Below, in pieces: positions 17,255 to 29,414 of a stretch of DNA of 64,000 nucleotides (position 1 is the first letter of the stretch; each line of letters starts with the position of its first letter). The stretch is from Dictyostelium discoideum (lineage: Eukaryota). The notes under the pieces were generated by a model that saw only the letters and a program-made list of their open reading frames with translations, ran no database searches and was not told where the DNA came from. Position numbers and translations under genes: made by a program. The stretch lies in the NCBI GenBank assembly GCA_000004695.1, contig CM000153.2, positions 128,001 to 192,000 of the forward strand, in the 5' to 3' direction.

Positions 17255-17984
17255 TAATTAATTAAATAATAAATTAATTAAATAATGAAAAATAAAAACT
17301 TACAGATAATGATAATAAAATATTTTTTGATTTAATATTAATACCTTGAGATTTTAAAAATAATCTCATTGCAATTTGATCATCAATACATGGGTTTAAG
17401 AAATTGATTGAATCTTGAATAAATTTAATTGTTCTTTGATTTGAACGAATGAAATAGAAACCAGCACAAATATCGTCATCATCTTGTTGAACGTATAAAT
17501 CAATGTCGTCATCGTTAGTGAATTGATTTTCTTGATTAATATCTTGATAGAAATGAATGAATGGATCTCTTTTCCAAACTATATCAGTATCAGTCCATAA
17601 TACATTATAACCTTTTTTTAAAACATCCAATACTACTAATGGTTTTTCATTACAAATCGCTCTAAATCCAATATCACCATATGACTCGGCATTTTCACTA
17701 TAAATTCCTTTATTATCGTTTGTATTATTATCATGAAAAAGTTGTGTTGATGATGTTGAAGAATTTATAATATCATCTCTTGAGAATCTTTGACACTCAA
17801 TACCTTTAAACTCTGCAAAGAATTGATATGCTTTATCATCCATACAATATAAAATGTATCTACTTTTATCAATTGATAACTTTTCAAAACATTTCAATAA
17901 ATTCAATGTCATATCTCTAAATCCATAATTACACATTAATACAATCTTATCATTTTCTTTAATATATTCAACTTTTTTTTCCAT
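15804..17984 (-). CDS. agtA: Fusion of a GT77-family glycosyltransferase with a WD40 beta-propeller, of about 653 aa. It matches the architecture and size of Dictyostelium AgtA, the Skp1 alpha-galactosyltransferase. Exons are join(15804..16277,16374..17180,17304..17984).
   Basis: Exon 1 (MEKKVEYIKENDKIVLMCNYGF...LWTDTDIVW...ICAGFYFIRSNQRT...) is a nucleotide-diphospho-sugar transferase (GT77 / Nucleotid_trans) domain. It ends at a phase-0 GTAAGT donor after ...KNILLSLS. The next exon begins directly after the acceptor TATAG at 17181 and contains no in-frame ATG. It therefore cannot start a gene and must be an internal exon. The downstream exons encode WD40 repeats (GHTGIINQLIVIP...TCSDDNTIRQFDL; GHNGWVSSIAI...SCSNDGTIRFWDI; GGNDGTIKIWS). 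Published AgtA is 648 aa with exactly this domain order. Confidence 0.75.
17184..17250. repeat. (TAA)n microsatellite forming most of the agtA intron 17181..17303.
   Basis: ataataataat... lies between the acceptor TATAG at 17181/17182 and the donor GTAAGT at 17298..17303. Confidence 0.9.
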
Positions 17985-18069
17985 GTTTTTTGGGTATAAA
18001 AAAAAAAAAAAAAAAAACAATTACAAAAAAATGATAAACAATTAAATTCTAAAAATAAAAATTTTTATC

Positions 18070-18100
<31 letters not shown>

Positions 18101-18173
18101 TATTTTTTCATCCAAAATGCAAAATTTATATTTTTTTTAAAAAAAAAAAAAAGAAAAAAAAAGAAAAGAAAAA

Positions 18174-18336
18174 ACTCCTCTTTACCAAAAGTAATAAAAA
18201 AAAAATTAAAGTTATTATTAAAAAAAATAATAAACCGATAAAAAAAAAAAAAAAAAAAAAACTCCTCTTTAATTTTTTTTTTTATTACTTTTGGTAAAGT
18301 TATTATTAAAAAAAATAATAAAACGATAAAAAAAAA
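18174..18336. repeat. Two tandem copies of about 75 bp in which a central segment of about 30 bp is inverted between copies.
   Basis: Copy A at 18174..18248 is actcctCTTTAccaaaagtaataaaaaaaaaattAAAGttattattaaaaaaaataataaaccgataaaaaaa. Copy B at 18261..18336 is actcctCTTTAatttttttttttattacttttggTAAAGttattattaaaaaaaataataaaacgataaaaaaa. The segment between the short inverted repeats CTTTA/TAAAG is in reverse-complement orientation in copy B. Confidence 0.85.
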
Positions 18337-19250
18337 AAAAAAATTCAGACGTTTTGTGTGTCTTTTGGCTTAAAATAAAATTTTCAGTGTAAAAACATTA
18401 TTATTTTGTTAAAAAACATTATTAAAAAAAATCTTTTATCATGTAGCTAAGTTGTGTTGGCATCATTATCGTTTTTTCAGGTAAAAAAAAGCCTTATAAA
18501 AAAAAAAACAATTCTTTTAATTTTATTTTAATTTTTATTTTAATTAAATTTTTATTTTTAATTTTAATTTTAATTTTAATTTTTTTTTTATTTTTTTTTT
18601 TTTTTTTTTATTTTTTTTTTATTTTTTTTTTTCATTTAATATATCAATAATAATATTTTATCGAGAAACCACTTTTTAAAATAATTTATTTCTTTTTTTT
18701 TTTTTTTTTTTTTTTTTTTCATTTAATATATCAATAATAATATTTTAATTAAATTTAATTTTTTTTTATTTTTTTATTTTTCTTTTTTTTAAACTATATC
18801 TATCATTTATAAAAACTATTTTTTTTTTCGATTTATATTTATAATTTTAATATATCAACAATTATTTTAAATTATTTTCCATTAATAATAAGAAATTTTC
18901 CAAATTTAGAAAATCACAAATTTTAATTTCAATTTTTTTTTTTTTTATTTTATTTTTTTAATTACAAAACACCAATTTTTATAATTTTTAAAAATCACTT
19001 TAAACAATTTTATTATTATTATTATTTTTTTTTTAACCACCCCCAAAAAAAAAAAAAATATAATTATTCTCTTTCTTTTTTTTTTTTCTTCAACACTCTC
19101 GCACACATAATTTAATTTATCTGTTATCTTTTCGTGTCATATAATTTATCATTATTAAATAATTAATAATAATAATAAATAAATAATTAAATAAATAAAT
19201 AAATAAATAATAATTTTTTATTACGTATATACACATAATATAAATTTTCC

Positions 19251-19287
<37 letters not shown>

Positions 19288-19312
19288 ATTTAAAAAATAT
19301 AACAATAAAAAA

Positions 19313-20900
19313 ATGGAGGCAGCAACAAATACTTTAAGATCAATGTTTCCAAAGAGTTCAGCAGACCAATGTGTTTCTGCATTAAAAGTTAATAATTGGG
19401 ATTTAAGTGCAACTATTGACTATATGTTAGCACAAACTGCAACTGAGGAACAACAAGTTCAACAACAAGTCCAACAACAAGTTAACCCTTCAATTCCACC
19501 ACCACCACCACCACAAACAATTCCACCACCATTACCAGCCAATGTAATTGAATCTGAAGAGGATAAATTATTAAAAGAATTTTTATTCCTTGAACAACAA
19601 ATACACATTAATAGAATTCCAACTCCACCACCATACAATCCTTCAACAAACAACATTAAACCATCAATTGCTGTAGTTGAAAAGGTTGAGCCAATTTCAA
19701 TTCCACCACCACCTCCACTACCACAACCAATTGTTCATGAACATCAACCACAACAAGAACAACAACAAGAACAACAACAAGAACAACAAGAAAAACAAGA
19801 GGAAGAACCAAAAACTAGAGAAAATAATAGTTTATTAAGAAATATTACAAATACTCTTAAAGAATTGGAAAATGAAGTTAGAAATTTAGTTATGGAAAAG
19901 AAACCACAACCAAATGTTGTTGAAACTGTTGAAACTACTGAAACCGTTATCTCAAATAATAACAACAACAATGACAATGTTGAAAATATTGCTCAAAATA
20001 ATATCGAACAATTAGTTGAAAAAGTTGAACAAGAACAACAAGAACAAGAAGAAGAACAAGAAGAAGAACAAGAAGAAGAACAAGAAAATAATGAAAACAA
20101 TAATAACAACAATAGTCAAATACCAAATGAAGTTAAAGTTGCAATCGATCAATTGGAATCATTATTTAACTCTTCATTAGAAAAAACTGAAAAGATTTTA
20201 AATGAATTAAAAGAAGAAATTACAAGTTGGAAAATTAAAGATAATGTTAAAACTTTCACCGTTACCGTTAGAAATGAATTATCTGATATGTTGGCCTCTT
20301 TAGCAAACTATATCTCACCAGAACAAACTGTAAATACTCAAGAAGAAATTGAAACTGGTTTAATTTAAACTTTGATTTTCAATATCATCATTATTTATTG
20401 TTGTTGTTCTTTTTATTTTCCTCTTTTCTATTTTTTTATGTACCTTTAACTCTTATTTATTTGGATTAAAATAGTTTGGTCTCTTTTTATTTCCTCTTTA
20501 AACTACTTTCTATCTCAACATAAAAAAAAAAAAAATAATAAAAAACTTTCTTCCATATACTACTTTCTATCCACTTCCTTTCTAAACTTTTTTTTTTTAA
20601 GATATAGTTCTCTCCCCTTTATAATTTTCCAATTTTATTGTTCTTTTTTTTTTACTAATAATAATCTTTTTTTTAAAATTTTTTTAGCAAGTTCAAATTC
20701 AAAGAAAGGAAGCAAAAAGACAAGAATTAGAGAATAAATTAAAAGAATTAAAGGAACATAATAGAAATTTAGAAGAGGAAAGAAGAATTGCAATTGAAAA
20801 GATTGAAAATAAATATAAACAACAAACAACAACTACAACCTCTTCTGGTAATCAAATTCCACCACCACCACCATATCCAGAAGAAAATTCTGAACAATAA
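19313..20900 (+). CDS. CUE-domain protein with Pro-rich and Glu/Gln-rich coiled-coil regions. Proposed exons are join(19313..20329,20688..20900). The alternative is the unspliced ORF 19313..20368.
   Basis: The N-terminus TLRSMFPKSSADQCVSALKVNNWDLSATIDYMLAQ has the CUE MFP motif. The ORF 20688..20900 has no start codon and encodes QVQIQRKEAKRQELENKLKELKEHNRNLEEERRIAIEKIENKYKQQ...PPPPPYPEENSEQ. It begins right after a polypyrimidine tract plus AG. A phase-0 GTAAAT donor after ...ISPEQT at 20329 joins it in frame to exon 1. Confidence 0.6.
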
Positions 20901-21066
20901 ATAATATATTAAGTTTTAAATAAATAGTTTATGTATCTTTTAATATATACATTTTGTGCATTTTTTTTTTTTTTTAATATTATTATTATTATTTACAAAA
21001 AAAATTTATTTATTTATTAATTTATTTACAAGTTTATTTTGTTTATTTTTTTTTATTATTTTTTTT

Positions 21067-23575
21067 TTATCTAGTAATTGTATATTTATTATTACCACTT
21101 TTTAAAATCATTCCTTGATTATTTAAACCTTCTAAAACATCATTAAAATTTTCAAAAGGTAATTTATATTCTTTAACAATTTGTAAGAGTTCTTGTTTTG
21201 AAAAAGTTGATGTACCAGTTTTTGAGGCTTCTTTATTGAAAATTGAAATATATTTTTTAGATAAACCACTTTTACTCATACCAGTGGCTCTTCTAAAATC
21301 AATATTACCATGTTCATCTTCAAAAGTATCCAAAAGTGAATCTCTCATAATCTCTACGATATCGATTGCATCTTGTTCTGTAACGGTTTCACGTAATTCA
21401 AGTTTTGCTCTTGCTTCTGCTAAACGAATTAATGATTCCAATTGACGAGTTGTAACTGGCATTGAATCAGAACCTGTAGATTTTGAACGAAGTTCTAAAT
21501 AAAATTTTTGTATAACTTTAATTGCCTCTTCTGAAAGTCTTGGTGAAACATATTTCTTTGCATAACTTATATATTTTCTAAGGATAACTGTTGGAATTAA
21601 ATTAATCTCTTGACCATGAGTTATTAATAATTTTTGTTTTAATGGTAATGATTTATCATGATCTTCTTCATGAGTATATTGAGATGAATTTGTTGTTGCC
21701 GAGGATGATGATGATGATTGTTGAGGTTTTCTTTTTTTAACGCCTGATCCATTTGAATGAAGATTTAAAATATTATGAGAGATAATATGATCCTTTTCAG
21801 TGTTTGGTTTATCCATTAAAATGAAAATTAAATCGAATCTACTGAGTAGTGGTGCACTCATTTTGATATTTTCTGAAACTGTCTTTGCACGATTATAATG
21901 ACCCCCGACTGGATTAGCAGCAGCAACTACAGATGTACGAGCTGGTAAATTACAAACAATACCAGCCTTTGCAATACTAACCGATTGTTGTTCCATTGCT
22001 TCGAGTAGAGCAGGATGTTCATCTGTCATCTTATCGAATTCATCTATACAACAACAACCTTGATCCGCCAATACCAAAGCACCAGCTTCAATTGCAAAAT
22101 CACCTGAACCTTTTTCTCTTAACAATGTTACAGTTAAACCTGTTGTACTTGAATAGCCACCACAAACATAAACACCACGAGGTGATAAATGATAGATCGA
22201 TGTTAACATTTGACTTTTACCTAAACCAGGATCACCAACAATTAAAACATGTGGATCCGATCTAATTGATAGTTTATTCTTGTCGGATCCATTACTACTT
22301 CTATTTGGACTACCACCAAACAAAGCCAATGTTAAACCTGCTTTAACCAATTCATGCCCATAGATGGTTGGACAAATTGAATTTGAAATTAATTTGAAAA
22401 TATTTGGATGTTCAGCAATCTCTTTAATACCATACATATCCTTTAAAGAGAAGGAGGTAGTTTCAATCTTTCCTCCATTGCCACTAGTTCTCTTTGGGGA
22501 ATCTATAGAGTTTACATCTATATAAATGAGGAAAACAGGTTTATTTTGATTTTGAAAACCTGTTTCCTCTGCTCTTAATACTTTTACAACACCACTAATG
22601 GTCACAATATCGCCAGGTACAATAGTTTCAACCATTTCATCGGTGATTTCACATTCAAATGCTTTTGGTATACCACTTGATTCCTTTTGGTCGGCATCCT
22701 CTTGAATTCTAATTTTTTGCCAATCTATAGTGACGGCGGTTGATCTATCCGGTTCGAATATTTTACCTCTACAACCATGATTTAAACAATTTGAAGGAAA
22801 TGTAACTTTTCCCTCTGTAAAATATTGTGTTGGTGTACGTGTTGAACATTTATTACAAATGAATTGCATTTGAGTTACCAATGGTTTAACATTACCAACA
22901 CGAATTACAGTACCTTTTAATGAAACAAATTTATCAATAAGATTTGCTTTCAATTTCTTTAATTGTAATAATGGTTCAAAATGAAATATCCTTATATTTA
23001 TCTTTTTCTTTGGTCTTTGACTCTCTGAAACATTTTCATATAATACTTGATAAATTACAACACCTAAACAATTAATTACCATTTCTGAATCATCTCTTAA
23101 TCTAATTTCAAATTGATCTTCTACTCTATAAATTTGATTTTTTAATAATTGATAATCTAATGGTATTGTATTATTTTCATCTGGTGCATAAAGTGTCTAA
23201 AATAATAATTTTAATTAATTTAATAAATCAATTAATAATTTTTGTATTATTTAATTTTTATCTTACCTCATTACAAACATCTCTAAAAAGTGGAAGTGAT
23301 AATTGAATGAATTGATGTCTCTTTTCAAGTATTGCCTCTTGATTTAATTTTTCATCACCATTTTCAATAATTTTATTTGTTTTTGGTGGGAAATATAGTT
23401 TATATCCAATTAACTCATCCAATTGCGGATGTTGTTGTTGTTGCTGCTGTTGTTGACTTTGTTCTCTTTGTATAGTTTGTTGAGATTTAAATTGGACATA
23501 GTCATCACCTTCACTATTATTTCTTCGAATAATTTGTGTATTTGTGTTATTATTATTATTATTATTATTATACAT
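21067..23575 (-). CDS. mcm8: DNA helicase MCM8 (MCM family AAA+). Exons are join(21067..23196,23267..23575), with intron 23197..23266 (GTAAGA...TTTAG, phase 0).
   Basis: LIVGDPGLGKSQML...GVYVCGGYSSTTGLTVTL...SGDFAIEAGALVLADQGCCCIDEFDKMTDEHPALLEAMEQQSVSIAKAGIVCNLPARTSVVAAANPVGGHYNRAKTVSENIKMSAPLLSRFDL is almost residue-for-residue human MCM8. It has Walker A, Walker B and the arginine finger. An N-terminal Zn-finger/OB region (CNKCSTRTP...CLNHGC) and C-terminal winged-helix region are present. Exon 1 adds a 103-aa low-complexity N-terminus. Confidence 0.85.
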
Positions 23576-23836
23576 TAAACAAAAGAAATGAAAATAAAAA
23601 AAATTAAAAAAAATAAAAATAAAAATGAAAAAATAAAAAAAAAAAATTCAAAAAATAAAAAAAAAAAGTTTCTTTTCTAAGAAATATATTTGTTCCAAGT
23701 TTGTGTGTTTTTTTTTTTTTTTTTTTTTTTTTGAAAATAATTATTTATTTTTTTTGTACAGAGGAGATAAAAATCGGATTATGATTATAATTCTCCTTTA
23801 TTTATCGGAAGAGGGAAGAGGTTTTCGATTGTGAAT

Positions 23837-23869
<33 letters not shown>

Positions 23870-23993
23870 ATGGAGACGGGGCACGATTTAAAATATATTT
23901 TATTGAAGGTGGTATTACTTGATAAAAAAAAAAAGGTGAAATTATATTTGAAATATTATTATTATTATTATTATACTGTTATTGTGATTACTA

Positions 23994-24273
23994 CTACTTT
24001 TTAACAAAGAATTTGATTGATGCACCAATTACAACGGCAAGAATTAATAAAATCACAACGACTAAAATTATTATTCTCTTTTTTGATCTTGATTTATAAA
24101 CATATGCCTTTTCCAATTCTTCTACACCATATTCAATCTCTAAATCTGCTGTTGTAACATTATTATCTGCTTGAACTAACATTTCACCTTGTTCATCTAC
24201 CATCATTCTATATATTTTTTTTTTATTAATAATTTATTTATTTTAGGAAATAAAAAAATAAATAATAAATAAA

Positions 24274-24335
<62 letters not shown>

Positions 24336-24491
24336 AAATTTTTACTTTAAATCATCCATTGCACCTTTTAAATGATATATATCTTGAGCTAAATGTTTTG
24401 CTTGTTCATTTCTTTCGGATAATAAAGTTTCTTCGTAATCAAAACTCCCATCATCTTCAAGTAATGGTTGTTTTAATGGTACATATGACAT
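23994..24491 (-). CDS. Small syntaxin-like Q-SNARE of about 119 aa: a SNARE motif with a zero-layer Gln, followed by a C-terminal transmembrane anchor and no Habc domain. Exons are join(23994..24207,24346..24491).
   Basis: The spliced product is MSYVPLKQPLLEDDGSFDYEETLLSERNEQAKHLAQDIYHLKGAMDDLK|MMVDEQGEMLVQADNNVTTADLEIEYGVEELEKAYVYKSRSKKRIIILVVVILLILAVVIGASIKFF. This parallels the syntaxin-1 SNARE motif (...[45 protein letters not shown] + TM). The donor is GTAAAA and the acceptor is ATATAG, phase 2. Confidence 0.7.
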
Positions 24492-25607
24492 TATTGTTAT
24501 ATTTTATTTTTTTACTAGTATTATGTTTTTAAAATTTAGCTAAAAAATTTAAATGTATTTTATTTTATTTTTTATGTCTTTTTGATTATTTTTTTTTTTT
24601 TATATTATTGAGAAAAAATAATAAAAAAAAAAAAAAAAATTAAAAAATTAAAAAATTAAAAAAAAAAAAAAAAAATAAAAAAAAAAATTGAAAAATACGT
24701 CACAAGATATTTTTTTTTTTTTTTTTTTTTTTTTAAGGTTAATTTAAATAATTATTAATCGAACAAATAAAAAAGTAATACATTTGACAACTTTACCTTT
24801 ATAAAAAATTTTAAATAAATTATAATTACTTTTTAAATAAATAAAAAATTTTAAAATTTAAAATTTAATAAAAATAAAATAAAATATTGATTAAAATTTT
24901 TTTTTTTTTTTTTAATTTTATATATCTTCTTTTTTTTTTTTTTGATTTTATCTCTTAAAACTATTATTACTTGTTCCACTCCAAATTTTATAAAAAAAAT
25001 AAATAAATAAATAACTTAAAAAAATAAAAAAAAAATAAAAATAAAAAATGTTGTCCTCCTAAAAAATTTTTCGTTTTTTTTTTTTTTTTCATTTTCCATT
25101 TTTTTTTTTATTTTTATTTTTATTTTTTATATTTCATTTTGGGTTGTAAAACGAAAACTTTACTTTCGTTCAAAAATAAAAATGAATAGAAAAAAGCAAA
25201 AGAAATTAAGTTCATTAAATGTAAATATTTTTTATTTTTTATTTTTTATTTTATTTTTTCATAAAATTTAATCATTCCTAATTATGTAAATTATTGAATA
25301 ATAATGTAAATAGTGGAAACTTGAAAAAAATAAGAAAAAAGATAACAACAATGAAAATGAACCATTATCAAATATTGAATATATAGAAAACTTATCATTA
25401 TTTAAATTTAAACAATTAATAAATTCAGCAAGTAGTAAAGATGTTGAAAAAGGTTTATATTCAATTAATAAATTAATTAGAGATGAAAAAGAACGTGAAC
25501 CATCTGAAGACGATGATGATGATGATGATGATGATGACAATCAATTAAATTATAAGAATAAAAGATTATCAATTGTATTTGAATTTTTAAAATCATCACA
25601 ACAATCA

Positions 25608-27419
25608 ATGACAGAAATTTTTAAGATATGGGATTTATGTATTGACAAATATCAAATTTATCAAAATGTTTATTCACTATTATTAGAGTTTATTGCAATT
25701 TTAATTACAATTAATGATGATCCATCACTTTCACATTATTCAAAAATTTTAGCTGATAAAATCCTCTCAAATAAATTTCAAGATTTATTAAAACTTATTA
25801 ATAACTATACTGATGAAACTGTTAATTTAACTTTAAATTGTTTTAGATTATTATCTTCAATTGTACCATTATCTTTAAAAATTGCAAAATCAATTCAAAC
25901 TAATATTGATTTTTCATCACAAGTAAGTTTTTTAAAAAAAATTAATAATTATTATTAAATTTTTTAACTTTTTTTAACATTTTTTATTTTTTTTAGGGAT
26001 TCCAAAAAGCAATGAATGATATTTCAATTAATGGTGCATATCTTGGAACAAGACCATATGTTTTAAGATTTTTATTATCATTTTTAAAACATCATAATAT
26101 TAAACTTAGTGAATTCATTTTGGAGAATGATCAATTACTTGTAAAATATTGTCAAAAATTACAATTGGACCATCATAATGTAATTATTAATTAATTTTAG
26201 TATTTAATTTTAGTATTTAATTTAATTTTATTTTATTAATTATTTAAATATATATAAATATAAATATAAATAAATATAGGTTATATTAGATTTAATTGAA
26301 TCATTAGAAGTTAATGTATTAAAAGTATCAAATGTTTCAAAAATTTTAAAAATTAAATTCTTTTCAACATCATTTTTATCAAAAATTGGTTTAATATTTT
26401 CAAAAGATGATATTGGTGAAGATTGTCGTCAATCAATTTTTAAATTTCTTTCAATTTTATGTTGTTCATCAACTCATGGTATTATATCATCTGATCCAAA
26501 GTATGTAGTAGTTATTATTTATTTATTTGTTATTTTTTATTATTTTTATTAATTTATTATCAAAATTTTTTTAAAAATTTTTTTAGATGGACATGGTTTA
26601 GAGATAATGAAAATCCAAGTTTTGAAAATAAATCATTAGTATCATTAATTTCAGAATTAAATCCAATTGCATATCAAACTCATCAAACATTATTTATAAA
26701 GATTATTAATTCATGTCCAGATTTATTTACATCATATTTGAAAAAGTTGGGAACATGTGAAGTATCGTTATCATTGAATTGGTTAAACAGAACTACAATG
26801 TTAATAAAGACATTATCATCACCAGTACCAAAAGCACCAATCACTAAAATCAGTGATAAACTATTGGACCCAATTCCATCATCACCAATTGTATTAATTA
26901 ATTGTTTAATACCACCACAAGTTACAAATTTACAATTTGGTTTCGATCAACAACATCAATTAGTAATTTATAATCAATTATTAGTTTTATTATTATGTTT
27001 AAAAAGAATAAATCAAGTTTTAAATTCATTAAATATTTATTTTATTGAAAAATCAAATAGTAGCAATAATAATAATAATAATAGCAAGGAGGATAAAGAA
27101 ATTGAAAAATTAAATCAATTTATTATAAATTTAAAAAATGGTATTAAAGAAAGGTTACCACAATTTAGATATTTTAAAGAGAATTATAATCAATTTAAAC
27201 AATCATCAGTATTATATAATCAATTCATTTCAATCATTAGTGAATATTTTAGATTCTTACCAATTAATGATTTCATTTCATTGAAAATGTTTGATTATCA
27301 ATTTTTATTAACATCAGATTTATATACACAAAAACAATTTATTCAATTAATTGGTAATTCAAAATCATTTCATTCAACTTTAAATTTATTTAATCGTACA
27401 AATGATAATAATAATAATT

Positions 27420-27474
<55 letters not shown>

Positions 27475-29165
27475 TGGTGATTCAATTATAACAATGTTAT
27501 TAAAATTATATTTAAATTCAAAATCAATTGAAATTAAAGAATTATATGGTCAATTAATATTTAAATTATTATCAACAAATTCAATATTCTCTGGTGTTGA
27601 TCATGAAATTGATTGTTGGTTAGAATCATTGCAATCAAATGAAAATATTGAATTCTTTGAAGGTACACTTATTAATGCTCATCAAAATAAATTTCAATAT
27701 GTTGATCAATGTCAAATTGAATCAAAGAAATTATTTGGTCAGGATTTAAATCAATTATTAATTAGTCCATTAATAGTGTCAACAATATTTCAACTTTTAA
27801 CAAATTCACAATCTTGTTTAAACCAACATCAATACATTTCAAATTTATTAAATAATATTTCAAATTGTAAAATTAATTCTTTAATAATTTTATCAATTTT
27901 TAATTTTATAATAAAAAAAATGAAAAATCAAGATAAAATGGATGATGATAATGATGATGATCAATCAATATTACCATCTGATTATAATTTACCAATTGAA
28001 TATAATGAAACTTTAAATTATATTTATTATAAAGCATATTCAAAATACCCAAAAGATTATAAAATTTCCTCCTCTTCTTCAAATTTTAAATCTCAATTAA
28101 TTTCATGTTCATCACCAAATGATATTAAATTTATAATTTCAAATAATATTCAACATTCAATTTTATCATTAATAATTTTAGAAATTGAACAACAACAACA
28201 ACAACAACAGCAACAACAAGAATCATTGAATAAATTATTAACAATATTAAAAGTTTCACCAATTAATTTAATTTTATCTCAAATTAATTTATTATCAAAA
28301 AATGAAAAAGAAATTTTATTTAAAAACAATTTAGTTAAATCAATTTTATTAAATTCAATTTCAAATTTATCATTAAAGAAATTATTCATCTTATTCCCAA
28401 TAATTGAAAATTTAATTGAAAATCATGAAAATCAAACTACAGCAACCACAACAACAACAACAGCAACTGAAGATATTTTAGATTTAGAATTTGATTTTTA
28501 TTTTGATTGTCTTGAAAAATCAATTAAAATGATTTTAGATTCAAAATCAATTTTATCATTACGTTTAATTGATCATTTATTTTCAAGTAAATTAATTTTA
28601 AATAATTTCTTATTAAACTTTAAATTTACATTTAGTAAGTATTTTTTTAAAAAATAATTATAATTATTATAATAATTTATTAATAATAGTTTATTAATAA
28701 TAATTTCTTTTTTTATTTCTTTTTTTTGTTTTATTTTAGATATTTCAAAATTATTATTAATAATTTTAAATAATGAAAATTCAAATAATGGTTTTAAATT
28801 TATAATACCATTATTAAAGAAATTATTAAAACAATTTAATAGTAAATCAATTAATAATTTCATTAAAAATAATGAAAAAGAAAATGATAAATTAATAATT
28901 TCAATCAGAGTTTTAGAATTAATATTACCATTTTTAGATTTTAATACTTGTATTGAATTATTAAATTCATTTAAAATTTTACAAATAAATCAATTAGCTT
29001 CAAATGAAATTATTTTACAAATTTATTTAGAAATTATAAATTCAACTTTACAATCAAATAATATCATTGATAATAATAATATTAATTTACCATCATACTT
29101 TAATTTAATAATTCCAAATTCTTCAAACTTGGATAAAAATATTAATAATAAATTATCAATTACAA

Positions 29166-29196
<31 letters not shown>

Positions 29197-29383
29197 TCAA
29201 ATTGACTCATTAAGAATAATATTTAATCAATTAATTCAATTATCAATTGAATTTAAAAATATTTATAAATATTCAACAGCAACAATTTATAGAGTTTCAA
29301 TTGATCAATTTATTTTACAACTTTTATTAATTGATATTAATCAAATTAAATATCCATTAAATTTAATTAATATTTTATTATCA

Positions 29384-29414
<31 letters not shown>

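Noticed and set aside
25268-25540. 90-aa minus-strand ORF (MSSSSSSSSSSSDGS...).
   Set aside because: It is antisense to the Asp-rich stretch (GAT)n of the large plus-strand gene's first coding exon.
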